Below are positions 30,674-39,872 of a stretch of DNA of 64,000 bases, one piece after another. The translations under genes were made by a program, and so were the position numbers. The stretch lies in the NCBI GenBank assembly GCA_965203555.1, contig CBDBCY010000004.1, positions 768,001 through 832,000 of the forward strand. The letters are read 5' to 3'. The notes under the pieces were generated by a model. That model worked only from the letters and a program-made list of their open reading frames with translations. It did no database searches and had not been told where the DNA came from. Source of the stretch: Acidimicrobiia bacterium. Lineage in GTDB: Bacteria > Actinomycetota > Acidimicrobiia > Spongiisociales > ZC4RG35. Numbering within the stretch: position 1 is the stretch's first letter; the number at the start of each line of letters is the position of its first letter.

Positions 30674-31645
30674 ATGGGTGTTGGTGACACAGGTTTTGTT
30701 CCTACTTTGGCGGAGGCGGAACGCGCTGCCAAGGTGGTAGCTGGTGCGGGCGCCGGTCGGGTGTTGTTGTTCGGGTCGGTTGCCCGGGGCGAGGCTCACC
30801 GTCACAGTGACATCGACCTGATGGTGATTTACGACGACCTTGATTACGGCGCTCGGCATCATCTCGCCATCGAACTGAAGCGTATGGCGCGTGCTGAGGT
30901 GGGCTGTTCTGTGGATGTTCATCTCACTGATCGTCCGGAGTGGAAGATGCGCACCGAACAGGTGGTCACATCTTTTGAGAACCGGGTCAAGAGCCAGGCG
31001 CTGTTGCTGGTGGACAAGAAACCTGGAAAGGTCGATTGGGACAAGGAGATGGTCATGCCGACAAGCGATTATGAAGAAGCGGTGGAGCGTCTCCACCAGG
31101 TAAGGAACGCGCTGATGACCATCTCGGCCAGCCTGGACCCGACCTCTTACCAACAACTCCTGGAGGAAACCGGCCAGGAGATAGAGGCATTCGCCGAATA
31201 CGAACAGAGACTCGCCACGGGATGCGCGGCTGGGCACCTCACTGTGGAGACGGCCCTGAAGGCGCTGATCCATCTAACGGGTTCCCCAAAGGCTCAACCG
31301 TGGGGTCATAAGATCGACAAGCTGCTTTGTCAACTCCCCGAACCGCACAGGAACGAGATCGATACGCGTCTAGCCGCTGTTGGAGTCACGGATCTTCAGA
31401 AGTGGCAGCAACAGGCCCGCTACGAACGATTTGTCAAACCCTCGCCCGAGGTGTTCACGGAGATAACCGAAGCGGCCTGCAGGGTGGCTCTATACACCGC
31501 CGACCAGTTCCCGCCGCACCTGGACATCGCCACCAGCTTTTGGAGAAGGGTGTCTTACATAGAACAGGTGATCGCTAGTCGCGACCTCTACACAGGCCGA
31601 GACCGAGACGAGCGGGACGACCCGGGGCTTTCCTTCGATCTGTAG
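30674..31645 (+). CDS. Minimal nucleotidyltransferase (MNT) - HEPN domain fusion protein
   Basis: N-terminal LLFGSVARGEAHRHSDID (GSx10DxD); C-terminal HEPN-like VETALKAL..GHKIDKL..ARY. Start uncertain (30596 or 30674). Confidence 0.8.
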   Translation: MGVGDTGFVPTLAEAERAAKVVAGAGAGRVLLFGSVARGEAHRHSDIDLMVIYDDLDYGARHHLAIELKRMARAEVGCSVDVHLTDRPEWKMRTEQVVTSFENRVKSQALLLVDKKPGKVDWDKEMVMPTSDYEEAVERLHQVRNALMTISASLDPTSYQQLLEETGQEIEAFAEYEQRLATGCAAGHLTVETALKALIHLTGSPKAQPWGHKIDKLLCQLPEPHRNEIDTRLAAVGVTDLQKWQQQARYERFVKPSPEVFTEITEAACRVALYTADQFPPHLDIATSFWRRVSYIEQVIASRDLYTGRDRDERDDPGLSFDL

Positions 31646-31655
31646 TCTGGGAGGG

Positions 31656-32042
31656 ATGGCTGAGAGAAGCGCCGCCGAGAAAGTAATGATCCGCTGGCGA
31701 CGGGCAAACAGTCCCGATACCCCACCGGCGGAGTTGGCAAGGTTGGCAACTGATCCCGACCCGTGGGTGCGGAGGGCTGTCGCGGAGAACCCGTCCACTC
31801 CGCCCGAGGTTCGGCAGCGGTTGAAGGAGGATCCCGACCCGAAAGTGCAGAAGGCAGCCACCATCGCCTGCCAGACCCAGGCGTGGGCTCTGGCCCAACC
31901 CGTAAAGCGGGTCACATTCGGATGGTTAGGACCCTGGTGGACAATCGCCACCGCGGTGGCGGTAGGAATGACCATCGGGGCAACGGTGGTGTGGCTCCTG
32001 CTGGGTGCCCTAATAGCTACGGCCTTAAATGGCATCCTGTAG
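31656..32042 (+). CDS. Small HEAT/LRV-like repeat protein with C-terminal hydrophobic helices
   Basis: Two repeats of about 24 aa (PDTPPAELARLATDPDPWVRRAVA / PSTPPEVRQRLKEDPDPKVQKAA) followed by a long hydrophobic tail. Confidence 0.7.
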   Translation: MAERSAAEKVMIRWRRANSPDTPPAELARLATDPDPWVRRAVAENPSTPPEVRQRLKEDPDPKVQKAATIACQTQAWALAQPVKRVTFGWLGPWWTIATAVAVGMTIGATVVWLLLGALIATALNGIL

Positions 32043-32156
32043 CCGTTCTTAGTCCATATATCTGCTTTCTATACCGGCCTTCTCCGTGCCCGGTTTCCAA
32101 GCGGGGGTGGCGGCGCACGGTTCAAGCTAAACTCGTAGGAGAAGGGGGATTTCGGA

Positions 32157-32935
32157 GTGCAAACGAGGATAAGCCCGACACCGCTGCCGGTCGAGGAGAC
32201 GTTTAGCGAGAAGACCAGGGCGTTCCTCGCTTATGCGCGGAGTCTTCCCCCGATACCGCACGACGACGACCCGAACGGTTGGTTCTCGCAGATAGCCGCT
32301 CACTTGAAACGTTCCCCGAGACAACGACTGCAGCGGTGGGCGGCTTATGCTGATAGGTCGTTGCGGTTCGGTTGTGAACCCCGCGGGGAGGAGCATGTTC
32401 GGTTTGATCCTGTGCGGGTGTTGCGCACCCTTACGGACCGGGGGGTTGATTTCGTGTTCGTGGGGATGGGCGCTGGGTATGTGCGGGGCGCTCCCTACCC
32501 CAGTTACAACACCGATATCACTCCCGGCATGGAGTCGGACAACTTGGCCCGGGTGGAAGAGGTGCTGGAGGTGTTGGAAGCGCGGCCGTTGGAGAGAGAC
32601 GAGTGGGGGCCGGTCGAAGAACACACTCTTCCCGGGTACAGGCGGCTGATGACATCGGCGGGGATGGTAAACGTGGTGGATTCTCTTCCCGGGGTGGGCG
32701 GTTACGGGAGGGTCAAGACCAAAAGCGACATGGTGGAAGTTGCGGATGGGCTGTCGGTGCGGGTAGCAGCGATGGAGGACGTGATCTGCAGCAAGGAGGC
32801 AGTAGGCGAGTTGATCGTCGGGACACCACCCTACGGCCGCATGATGGACGGTGTGGGCTTGTACTGATGTGCAAAGAGACTCTGGCGCTGAAGAACAAGT
32901 ACGGCACAAAGTGGAACCTCTCGCCCGGATCTTAG
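32157..32935 (+). pseudogene. Nucleotidyltransferase-like protein with probable 3' frameshift
   Basis: FDPVRVLRTL..RGVDFVFVGMGAGYVRG..NTDITP and VAAMEDVICSKEA. The frame stops at 32867, but a plausible continuation (VLMCKETLAL...) runs in another frame to 32935. Confidence 0.55.
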
Positions 32936-33180
32936 AAACCTTCGCTGCCCACGGGGCGAACGTGGTAGTGATAGGAAACTACGGTGCTCTAATGCAGGGA
33001 GCGCGGGTGGAGACCGAGGACGCTGACATGGCTTATCAACGCACCGAGGAGAACCACCGGCCCACCTCACTCTCCGATGAACCCGGGGCGGTTCACCCGG
33101 AGTGGGGATTGTTTCCCAACCTTTCCCTCGCTTTCATGCTCTTACACCCCGAGGCGGCCTACGGCAACGACCAGATGTGA
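32911..33180 (+). pseudogene. Truncated second nucleotidyltransferase-like gene
   Basis: ILETFAAHGANVVVIGNYGALMQGA..TEDADM..TEENHR, after which similarity ends abruptly. Confidence 0.55.
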
Positions 33181-33265
33181 TAGATCAAAACCACCGCATC
33201 CACAGGGCATGACGCCCATACCTTCTCCCCCGCTCCTATCGGAGGTGACGCCACTCGGACACGCC

Positions 33266-34306
33266 TCAGCTTCGGCTTATCGCCCGTTCGTAACATTCTC
33301 GATAGGCGGGACCCACCTGATCCCATGAGAACCGCGCGGCCCGCTCCTGCCCTGCCGCTGACAGGCTCTTTGCAAGCGAAGCATCTCCCAGCACGTCGGC
33401 TACCTGATCCACCATTGCCGGAACGCTTCCTGTGGCGAACAACCTGGCCGCCGGGCCCGCCACGTCCCGGAAGGAGGGAAGGTCGGAGGCGACCACGGCA
33501 CAACCGGCGGTCATTGCCTCCACCAGCACGATCCCGAAACTCTCGCCTCCCAGGTTGGGCGCCACGTAAACCTCCGCAGACCTCAGGTTCCGCTCCTTTA
33601 CCTCCTCGCTGACCCTGCCCAGGAAGACGACACCTTCCGGAGGGTCCGGGCGGGCGGCGCCCATCACCACCAATTCGGCGTGGACGTGACGCACCTTTAT
33701 CTGCGGCCAGGCCTCGAGCAACAGGTCCAGGCCCTTGCGAGGCTCATCCCGCCCCAGGAAGACCACCCGCCCCCTCCGCCGCTCCACCGCGTCCACGCCG
33801 AACGAGACATCAACTCCGTTGGGGATGATCCTCTCCGGACCCCATCCGGGTGCCAATGAACCGGCCGCCAGACGGCTCACCGCCGTCACCATGGTGTCCG
33901 GCCTCTGGAACGACCGTACCCACGGACCCAAGCCACGATACAACCTCCTCACCCAAGCGGGGGGGTCGGCATGAAAGGTCACGACCTTGGGGCCGGGGGC
34001 CCGCAAAGCGGCCACCCCCACCCTGGGCATCAGTGGTTCGTGTACGTGAGTCACCTCTCCCCATCTCATCGCCTCCGCCACCCGGCCCGCAACCCCCGTG
34101 GACAGAGAAATCGGCGCCACCGAACGGTTGGCCCGGACCCGGGTCACCCGCCCCACGGCGGCGCCCTGCTCCCCCGGAGGGAGCAACGGGGCGATCAATC
34201 GAACCTCATCCCCTCGGCTGCGCAGCCAGCCCGCCAGGCCCTGTACCTGTGCCTGGACGCCTCCGTCCCGGGTCAGGTCATAGGGCGATACCAGACAGAC
34301 CCGCAT
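33266..34306 (-). CDS. pimA: GT4 glycosyltransferase, PimA-like mannosyltransferase
   Basis: PYD..GGVQ, HVHEP, EPRKG and GGESFGIVLVEAM motifs; follows pgsA and the acyltransferase. Confidence 0.85.
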   Translation of the reverse strand: MRVCLVSPYDLTRDGGVQAQVQGLAGWLRSRGDEVRLIAPLLPPGEQGAAVGRVTRVRANRSVAPISLSTGVAGRVAEAMRWGEVTHVHEPLMPRVGVAALRAPGPKVVTFHADPPAWVRRLYRGLGPWVRSFQRPDTMVTAVSRLAAGSLAPGWGPERIIPNGVDVSFGVDAVERRRGRVVFLGRDEPRKGLDLLLEAWPQIKVRHVHAELVVMGAARPDPPEGVVFLGRVSEEVKERNLRSAEVYVAPNLGGESFGIVLVEAMTAGCAVVASDLPSFRDVAGPAARLFATGSVPAMVDQVADVLGDASLAKSLSAAGQERAARFSWDQVGPAYRECYERAISRS

Positions 34307-34315
34307 GAACCGAGG

Positions 34316-35194
34316 TCAAATCCGGTCGGAGGGCCAGTTGGGCTGGAGGAGATGCCACTGCTCGGGCGCGACCCTGATCAGGTCCTCGAAAGCGTCGGCC
34401 ATCAGTTGCGCGCCTGCGTGAAGCCTCTCCGACAGGGGTCCTTCCCGGGGTATGGCCAGGGGAGGCTTCAGGACTGCCCGGTAGCGACTCTTCTTTTCGC
34501 AATAGACAGCGACCGGGATCACCGGGCGCCCCGAACGGATCCCCAGCACCAGCGGTCCGGCCGGAAGGGTGGTTTCTTCCCCGAAAAACTGCACCGGGAT
34601 GCCCTTGCCGCTCAAGTCCCGGTCCGAAGGTAGGCAAACGGCGGTTCGACCGGCGAGTTTTCCCTGCAACTCGCCGAGAAGCCCCTTGCGAGCGAACACC
34701 ACCTTAATTCCGGTCAAGGCCCTGACACGCGAAAACCAGTCCCTGATGTAGGAGTTGGCCAGATTCTCGGCCACGGCCACCACCTCGATGTTCATGCCCC
34801 ATACCACCACACCGGCCATCTCCCAATTGCCGAGATGCGGAAGCACCACCACCACACCCCTTCCGTCCCTCAAAGCCCTCTCCAGTAACTCGAAACCCTC
34901 CAGGTCGAATCGGTCCGCTACCCGCTTCACATTGCGGGGTCCGGCCCACAGCGACTCACCCCAGTACCGCCCGTAGCTGGCGAACATCTTTCTCACCGCC
35001 TTGGATCGGCTCCCCAGCGCCATATCCAATCCGGTGCGATTGGCATGTCTTCCCGCCATACGCCGGTGACGGGGAAGAAGCATGGCGGCGATCACCCCGG
35101 CGGCGCCGCCGAATCGTTGCACAACCCACAGCGGCCAAACGTGCATGAACCCGGAAGCCGCTCTCACACCCCAGTAGGCGAGGCGTGCCCTCAC
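34316..35194 (-). CDS. Phosphatidylinositol mannoside acyltransferase
   Basis: SYGRYW.E, LPHLGNWE, DRDL, FFGE and PEQWHLLQPNW motifs; GTG overlaps the pgsA stop. Confidence 0.88.
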   Translation of the reverse strand: MRARLAYWGVRAASGFMHVWPLWVVQRFGGAAGVIAAMLLPRHRRMAGRHANRTGLDMALGSRSKAVRKMFASYGRYWGESLWAGPRNVKRVADRFDLEGFELLERALRDGRGVVVVLPHLGNWEMAGVVVWGMNIEVVAVAENLANSYIRDWFSRVRALTGIKVVFARKGLLGELQGKLAGRTAVCLPSDRDLSGKGIPVQFFGEETTLPAGPLVLGIRSGRPVIPVAVYCEKKSRYRAVLKPPLAIPREGPLSERLHAGAQLMADAFEDLIRVAPEQWHLLQPNWPSDRI

Positions 35195-35763
35195 CGCTTC
35201 AGTTCTCTGTACGCAACCGAGAACCGGTGAAGGGCCGACATCCAGCACAGGACGGTCATCGCCCACAACATGGGCTCCACCCACCCGGTGAGCAATCCCA
35301 GCGCGAAAAGGATCACTCTCTCGGCGCGACCTATTAGTCCCCCGGTTCCCTTCAATCCCTCCGCCTCGGCCCGGGCCCGCAGATACGGAATCATCAATGC
35401 GCCGCTCACCGACAGCACCACCAGCATTAGCACCCGTGGTTCGCCGGCCCGGGCAACCGCCAACCCCGAAAAACAAGCCACCTCACCCAGCCGGTCCACC
35501 GAAGCGTCCAGAAACGCTCCCCGTTTTGTAACTTTGTCGGCCGCCCGGGCCAGCGTACCGTCCAGACCGTCGATCGCCGAACCTGCCAAAGCGATCAGCG
35601 ACCCGACCACCAGATACTCAAGTGAAATGATCACCGCTCCCACGATGGTGACCCCCAACCCGAACAGAGTGAGGGCGGCAGGACTGATCCCGCAGCGGTT
35701 CAAGAAGCGGCCGATGGGATCGAGCACCCTTCTCAGGTGAGGGCGTACCCAAATGTCGATCAC
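35191..35763 (-). CDS. pgsA: CDP-alcohol phosphatidyltransferase (phosphatidylinositol phosphate synthase type)
   Basis: DGLDGTLAR...GAFLDASVD motif, YLRARAE and RAER. Confidence 0.9.
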   Translation of the reverse strand: MIDIWVRPHLRRVLDPIGRFLNRCGISPAALTLFGLGVTIVGAVIISLEYLVVGSLIALAGSAIDGLDGTLARAADKVTKRGAFLDASVDRLGEVACFSGLAVARAGEPRVLMLVVLSVSGALMIPYLRARAEAEGLKGTGGLIGRAERVILFALGLLTGWVEPMLWAMTVLCWMSALHRFSVAYRELKR

Positions 35764-36028
35764 GGTTCTATCACGCTAGCAATACCTACCTCTATTGGGG
35801 AATCATCATGCCGAACCGGTCAGCAAATTCCACCCTCTTGAATTTAGGTGGAAGTCTGCGGCAAAGCCGACAACCTGCGGCCTCGCAACACCGACAGCCC
35901 GGCCCCGCCATTGTGGATCACCCGCCTGCGAGGCACAGAGCCGGACCCTGACGGCCTGGGCGGGAGGAAACGGTAGGCGCACGGTTCCGCTATCCTGAAT
36001 TCACCTGTTAAATCTCGGAGGAAAGCGT

Positions 36029-38077
36029 TTGTCACCCGATTCGATTCGCACCATTGCCCTGATCGGCCACGGAGGCAGTGGCAAGACTTCCCTGGCTGAA
36101 GCACTTCTCTACACCGCCGGGGTGACCACCCGACTCGGTTCGGTGGACCAGGGCACCACCATCTTGGACCATGAGCCGGAGGAGGAGGAACGCAGGCAAT
36201 CCTTGAACCTCTCGGTGGCCTCCTTCAAGTGGAACGGATGCAAGATCAACCTGATCGATACTCCCGGATACGCCGACTTCTCAGGCGATGCCCGCTCCGC
36301 CATCCGGGTGGCGGACTTGGCACTCTTCGTGGTTTCGGGGGTCGACGGCGTGGAAGTTCAAACCGAGCTGATGTGGAAGGTGGCCGCCGACGAAGGGACT
36401 CCGCGCGCGGTGTTCGTCACCAAGCTCGACCGGGACCGATCCTCCCTCGACCGCACTCTCGCCGAGTTGCGGGACGCCTTTGGAACCGGAATCGCTCCCC
36501 TGGTGATCAACGTGGGACAAGAAGCGAACCTGAGGGGAGTGGCCCGGGTCAGTTCAGGACAGGCAGCACTCTACGAGGAGGGCAACCCCCGGGGCGTCAT
36601 CGCCGCCGAGGCCCCCGAAGAAGTCGCTTCGGTCCTGGAAGAAGCCCACATGGAACTGGTGGAGTCGGTAGTCGAGACAGACGACGACCTGATGGACGCC
36701 TACTTCGAAGGGGAGGAGCCCAGCCAGGAAGTGATCGTCTCCGTCATCCGGGAAGCCATGTTGACCGGAGAACTCTTCCCGGTGCTGGCCGGTTCGTCCA
36801 GCCGACTGATCGGAATAGATGTCCTGGCCGACTTCCTCAAAGTTTTTGCGCCTACCCCGCTGGAGCGATCCGCCCCGCCGCTCGCGGAGGGCGAAATACA
36901 GATATCGGGAGACGGCGGCGCCACTGCCTACGTATTCAAGACGATCGGCGACCCGTACGTAGGGCGTATCTCCATTCTGAGAGTGTTCAGCGGATCTTTC
37001 AAAGCCGACGACCACCTGGAATTGGCCGGGGGGCCGACGGTCAGAGTGAGCAATCTGTTCTTCCTTCAGGGCCGCAACACCGATCCGGCCGCTGAGGTGT
37101 CCTGTGGAGATGTGGCGGCAGTGGCCAAGGTCGACAGGGCCACTACCGGCGCCACCCTGCGGTCGGTGGGGAAAACCGCGGTGGTGCTCCCCGCGGTCTA
37201 CCCGAAGCCGGTCATGGAATTGGCCATCTTCCCACGGTCCACGCAGGATGAGGAGAAGCTCTCCACCGCCCTGCAGCGGGCTGTCGAGGAAGATCCCACC
37301 CTAGCGGTTGAACGCCGGTCTGAAACCGGTGAAACCATCCTGGCAGGACTGGGCGACGTGCACCTGGACGTCACCTTGGCGCGCATCAAACGCAAGTACG
37401 GCGTGGAAGTGGAAACCGCCCTTCCCAGGATCGCCTATCGGGAAACGGTCAAGGGCCGGGCCGCGGCAGAGGGAAAGCACAAGAAACAGACCGGGGGACG
37501 CGGGCAATTCGGCGTGGCTTTCGTGCGTTTTGCTCCCAAGCCCCAGGGCGAAGGCTACGAGTTCATCGACTCCATCAAGGGAGGCGCCATCCCCCGCCAG
37601 TACATTCCGGCGGTCGACAAGGGGATCAGGGAGGCCTTCGCCCGCGGGATTCTGGCCGGTTTTCCGGTCATCGACGTGTCGGCCGAGGTCTACGACGGCA
37701 AGTATCATTCCGTCGACTCCGATGAGTTGTCTTTCCGCATGGCGGGAATCGCCGCCGTACGTTCTGCCGGGTCGGACCTGCGACCGGTCCTGCTGGAGCC
37801 CATCACCCGTCTATCGGTCAAAGTGCCCGAGGAGTACACCGGAGACGTAATAGGTGACATAAACGCAAAACGGGGCCGGGTGTACGGCATGGAGACGGAT
37901 GGATCGCTTCGGGTTATTTCCGCAGAGGTCCCCATGGCGGAGATCCAACGGTACGCGGTCGACCTTCGCTCGATGACCAGTGGACGCGGTACCTTCGAGG
38001 TGGCCTTCGACCACTATTCGGAGATTCCACATCAGGAAGCCCAGAAAGTGATCAGCGCATCCCGGAAGGAAGACTGA
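36029..38077 (+). CDS. Elongation factor G-like protein (EF-G2)
   Basis: GHGGSGKT, DTPG, TKLD, KQTGGRGQF and HSVDSDE motifs; stands alone, outside the str operon. Confidence 0.92.
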   Translation: MSPDSIRTIALIGHGGSGKTSLAEALLYTAGVTTRLGSVDQGTTILDHEPEEEERRQSLNLSVASFKWNGCKINLIDTPGYADFSGDARSAIRVADLALFVVSGVDGVEVQTELMWKVAADEGTPRAVFVTKLDRDRSSLDRTLAELRDAFGTGIAPLVINVGQEANLRGVARVSSGQAALYEEGNPRGVIAAEAPEEVASVLEEAHMELVESVVETDDDLMDAYFEGEEPSQEVIVSVIREAMLTGELFPVLAGSSSRLIGIDVLADFLKVFAPTPLERSAPPLAEGEIQISGDGGATAYVFKTIGDPYVGRISILRVFSGSFKADDHLELAGGPTVRVSNLFFLQGRNTDPAAEVSCGDVAAVAKVDRATTGATLRSVGKTAVVLPAVYPKPVMELAIFPRSTQDEEKLSTALQRAVEEDPTLAVERRSETGETILAGLGDVHLDVTLARIKRKYGVEVETALPRIAYRETVKGRAAAEGKHKKQTGGRGQFGVAFVRFAPKPQGEGYEFIDSIKGGAIPRQYIPAVDKGIREAFARGILAGFPVIDVSAEVYDGKYHSVDSDELSFRMAGIAAVRSAGSDLRPVLLEPITRLSVKVPEEYTGDVIGDINAKRGRVYGMETDGSLRVISAEVPMAEIQRYAVDLRSMTSGRGTFEVAFDHYSEIPHQEAQKVISASRKED

Positions 38078-39408
38078 TGCCTACCGAGGACGGCGCCCGA
38101 CTACATTACCGAGGGCAGGAATTGGGACTACCCCTGGTGGCGCCGACCGTGGGAGACTGGGGCATTGACATCTCCCGGCTGAGGGCCGACTTGGGACTGA
38201 TCACCGTGGACCGGGGATTCGGCAACACCTCGCAGAACCCCAGTTCGGTCAGCTTCGTCAACGGCGAACAGGGAACCTTGAGCTACCGGGGCTACCCGAT
38301 CGAAGAGTTGGCCGGCCGGGTTGGTTTCTTGGAGGTGGCCTGGCTGCTCCTGTACGAGGACCTTCCCTCTCCCTCCCAACTCGACCGTTTCGAGGAGGAA
38401 ATCCGGGACTTCTCCGACGTGGGCGATTACATGCAGAGCTTCCTGGAGGCCTTCCCGGAAGAGAGCACTCCCATGGCTACCCTGGCCGCCGGGGTGCTCA
38501 GCATGGTAGGCCGCCATCCCGAGGCCTCCCAGACCAGCAAGCCCGAAATGTGGGAGAGAGCCACCCGCATTCTCCTCGCCGAAATGCCGGTGCTGGCCGC
38601 CCTGATAAACCGCCGATGCCTGGGACTGGACCCCATCGAGATAAGAACCGATCTGCCCTACACCGCTCGGTTCTATCACACCGCAGTGGCTGAGTCGGAG
38701 TCATCTCCTGCTCCCGATCCGCAACGCCTTGCCGTGCTGGAGATGCTGGAGCTTCTCCATAGCGACCACGGACAGAACTGCTCGTCCTCGGCGGTGCAGT
38801 TGGTCGGATCGGGCCGGGCCAGCATCTTCGCCTCGATAGCAGCGGGGATAAACGCCCTGTCGGGTCCTCTCCACGGCGGCGCCAACCAGAGGGTCCTGGG
38901 AATGCTGCAGGAGATCCAGATGGAAGGAGGAGACGTGAGAAAGGCCCTGGATCGGGCAAAGGACCGTTCCGACCCGTTCCGACTCATGGGCTTTGGTCAC
39001 CGGGTATACCGAAACTACGACCCGAGAGCAAGAATCATCAAAGACGCGGCCGCCGAGGTGCTGGCCGGTCTGGGCACGGACGATCCCCTCCTGCAGTTGG
39101 CCCAGGAACTGGAGAATGCGGCATTGGCGGACGAGTACTTCGTAAAGCGCAAGCTTTATCCCAACGTCGACTTCTACTCCGGTTTTCTGTATCGGGCGCT
39201 GGGCTTTCCCACCCAAATGTTCACCGTGCTTTTTGCAATAGGCCGGTTGCCGGGTTGGCTTTCCCACTGGCGGGAGATGGCTTCCGACCCCAAGAGCCGC
39301 ATTTTCCGCCCCCGCCAGGTCTATGTGGGCCGAACCGAACGGAAACTGGAGGACCGCGGCGCAACGACCCGATCTCAGACGGCGGGCGCCTCCAGTTCCT
39401 CTATGTAA
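38077..39408 (+). CDS. gltA: Citrate synthase
   Basis: YRGYPIEEL, HSDHGQNCS, GPLHGGAN, LMGFGHRVY and YPNVDFYSG motifs. Confidence 0.95.
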   Translation: MPTEDGARLHYRGQELGLPLVAPTVGDWGIDISRLRADLGLITVDRGFGNTSQNPSSVSFVNGEQGTLSYRGYPIEELAGRVGFLEVAWLLLYEDLPSPSQLDRFEEEIRDFSDVGDYMQSFLEAFPEESTPMATLAAGVLSMVGRHPEASQTSKPEMWERATRILLAEMPVLAALINRRCLGLDPIEIRTDLPYTARFYHTAVAESESSPAPDPQRLAVLEMLELLHSDHGQNCSSSAVQLVGSGRASIFASIAAGINALSGPLHGGANQRVLGMLQEIQMEGGDVRKALDRAKDRSDPFRLMGFGHRVYRNYDPRARIIKDAAAEVLAGLGTDDPLLQLAQELENAALADEYFVKRKLYPNVDFYSGFLYRALGFPTQMFTVLFAIGRLPGWLSHWREMASDPKSRIFRPRQVYVGRTERKLEDRGATTRSQTAGASSSSM

Positions 39409-39866
39409 ACCTCTGAGCACAGTTCACCGTCAGCCCCGTCAATCTCCACCAGGGCACGGCGCAGGGGCGGGCTTTCCGCAGAGTACAGGATCACCTGCCA
39501 GCGGGGCCGAGATCTGATCCCGGTAAAGCTGACCGCCACGGAGGCGTGCCCCACCGCAAACGGCACCTCGCCCGCCGCCACTCTCAAAGCCCCGGCCTGA
39601 TCGAGGGAGAGGGGCCACGACGCCCACCAGTGGTAGGCGGCCATCCCCGTCAACAGGACGACAGAGATCCACAGGCCCGGGGTGGAAAACGCCAATCCTC
39701 CCAAGACGACGGCCGTTCCCAGGTAAACCCACCCGGCCCAACTACGCCGGCGTGGATCCGGAAAGCGGTACGGCCCCACGGCCGCGGCGTCCAAATCGTC
39801 GGGGACCGCCTCGGCCCGGGCCAGGTCGTCCGGGATCACTATCCCGTCTTGTCCCTTGGCGCTCAT
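39375..39866 (-). CDS. Hypothetical membrane protein
   Basis: Two hydrophobic helices; starts 7 nt after the thrS stop on the same strand. Confidence 0.7.
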   Translation of the reverse strand: MSAKGQDGIVIPDDLARAEAVPDDLDAAAVGPYRFPDPRRRSWAGWVYLGTAVVLGGLAFSTPGLWISVVLLTGMAAYHWWASWPLSLDQAGALRVAAGEVPFAVGHASVAVSFTGIRSRPRWQVILYSAESPPLRRALVEIDGADGELCSEVYIEELEAPAV

Positions 39867-39872
39867 CGGAGA

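Noticed and set aside
35828-35853. TTCCACC...GGTGGAA hairpin between pgsA and EF-G2
   Set aside because: It is only a 7-bp stem with no U-tract and no recognisable riboswitch motif.
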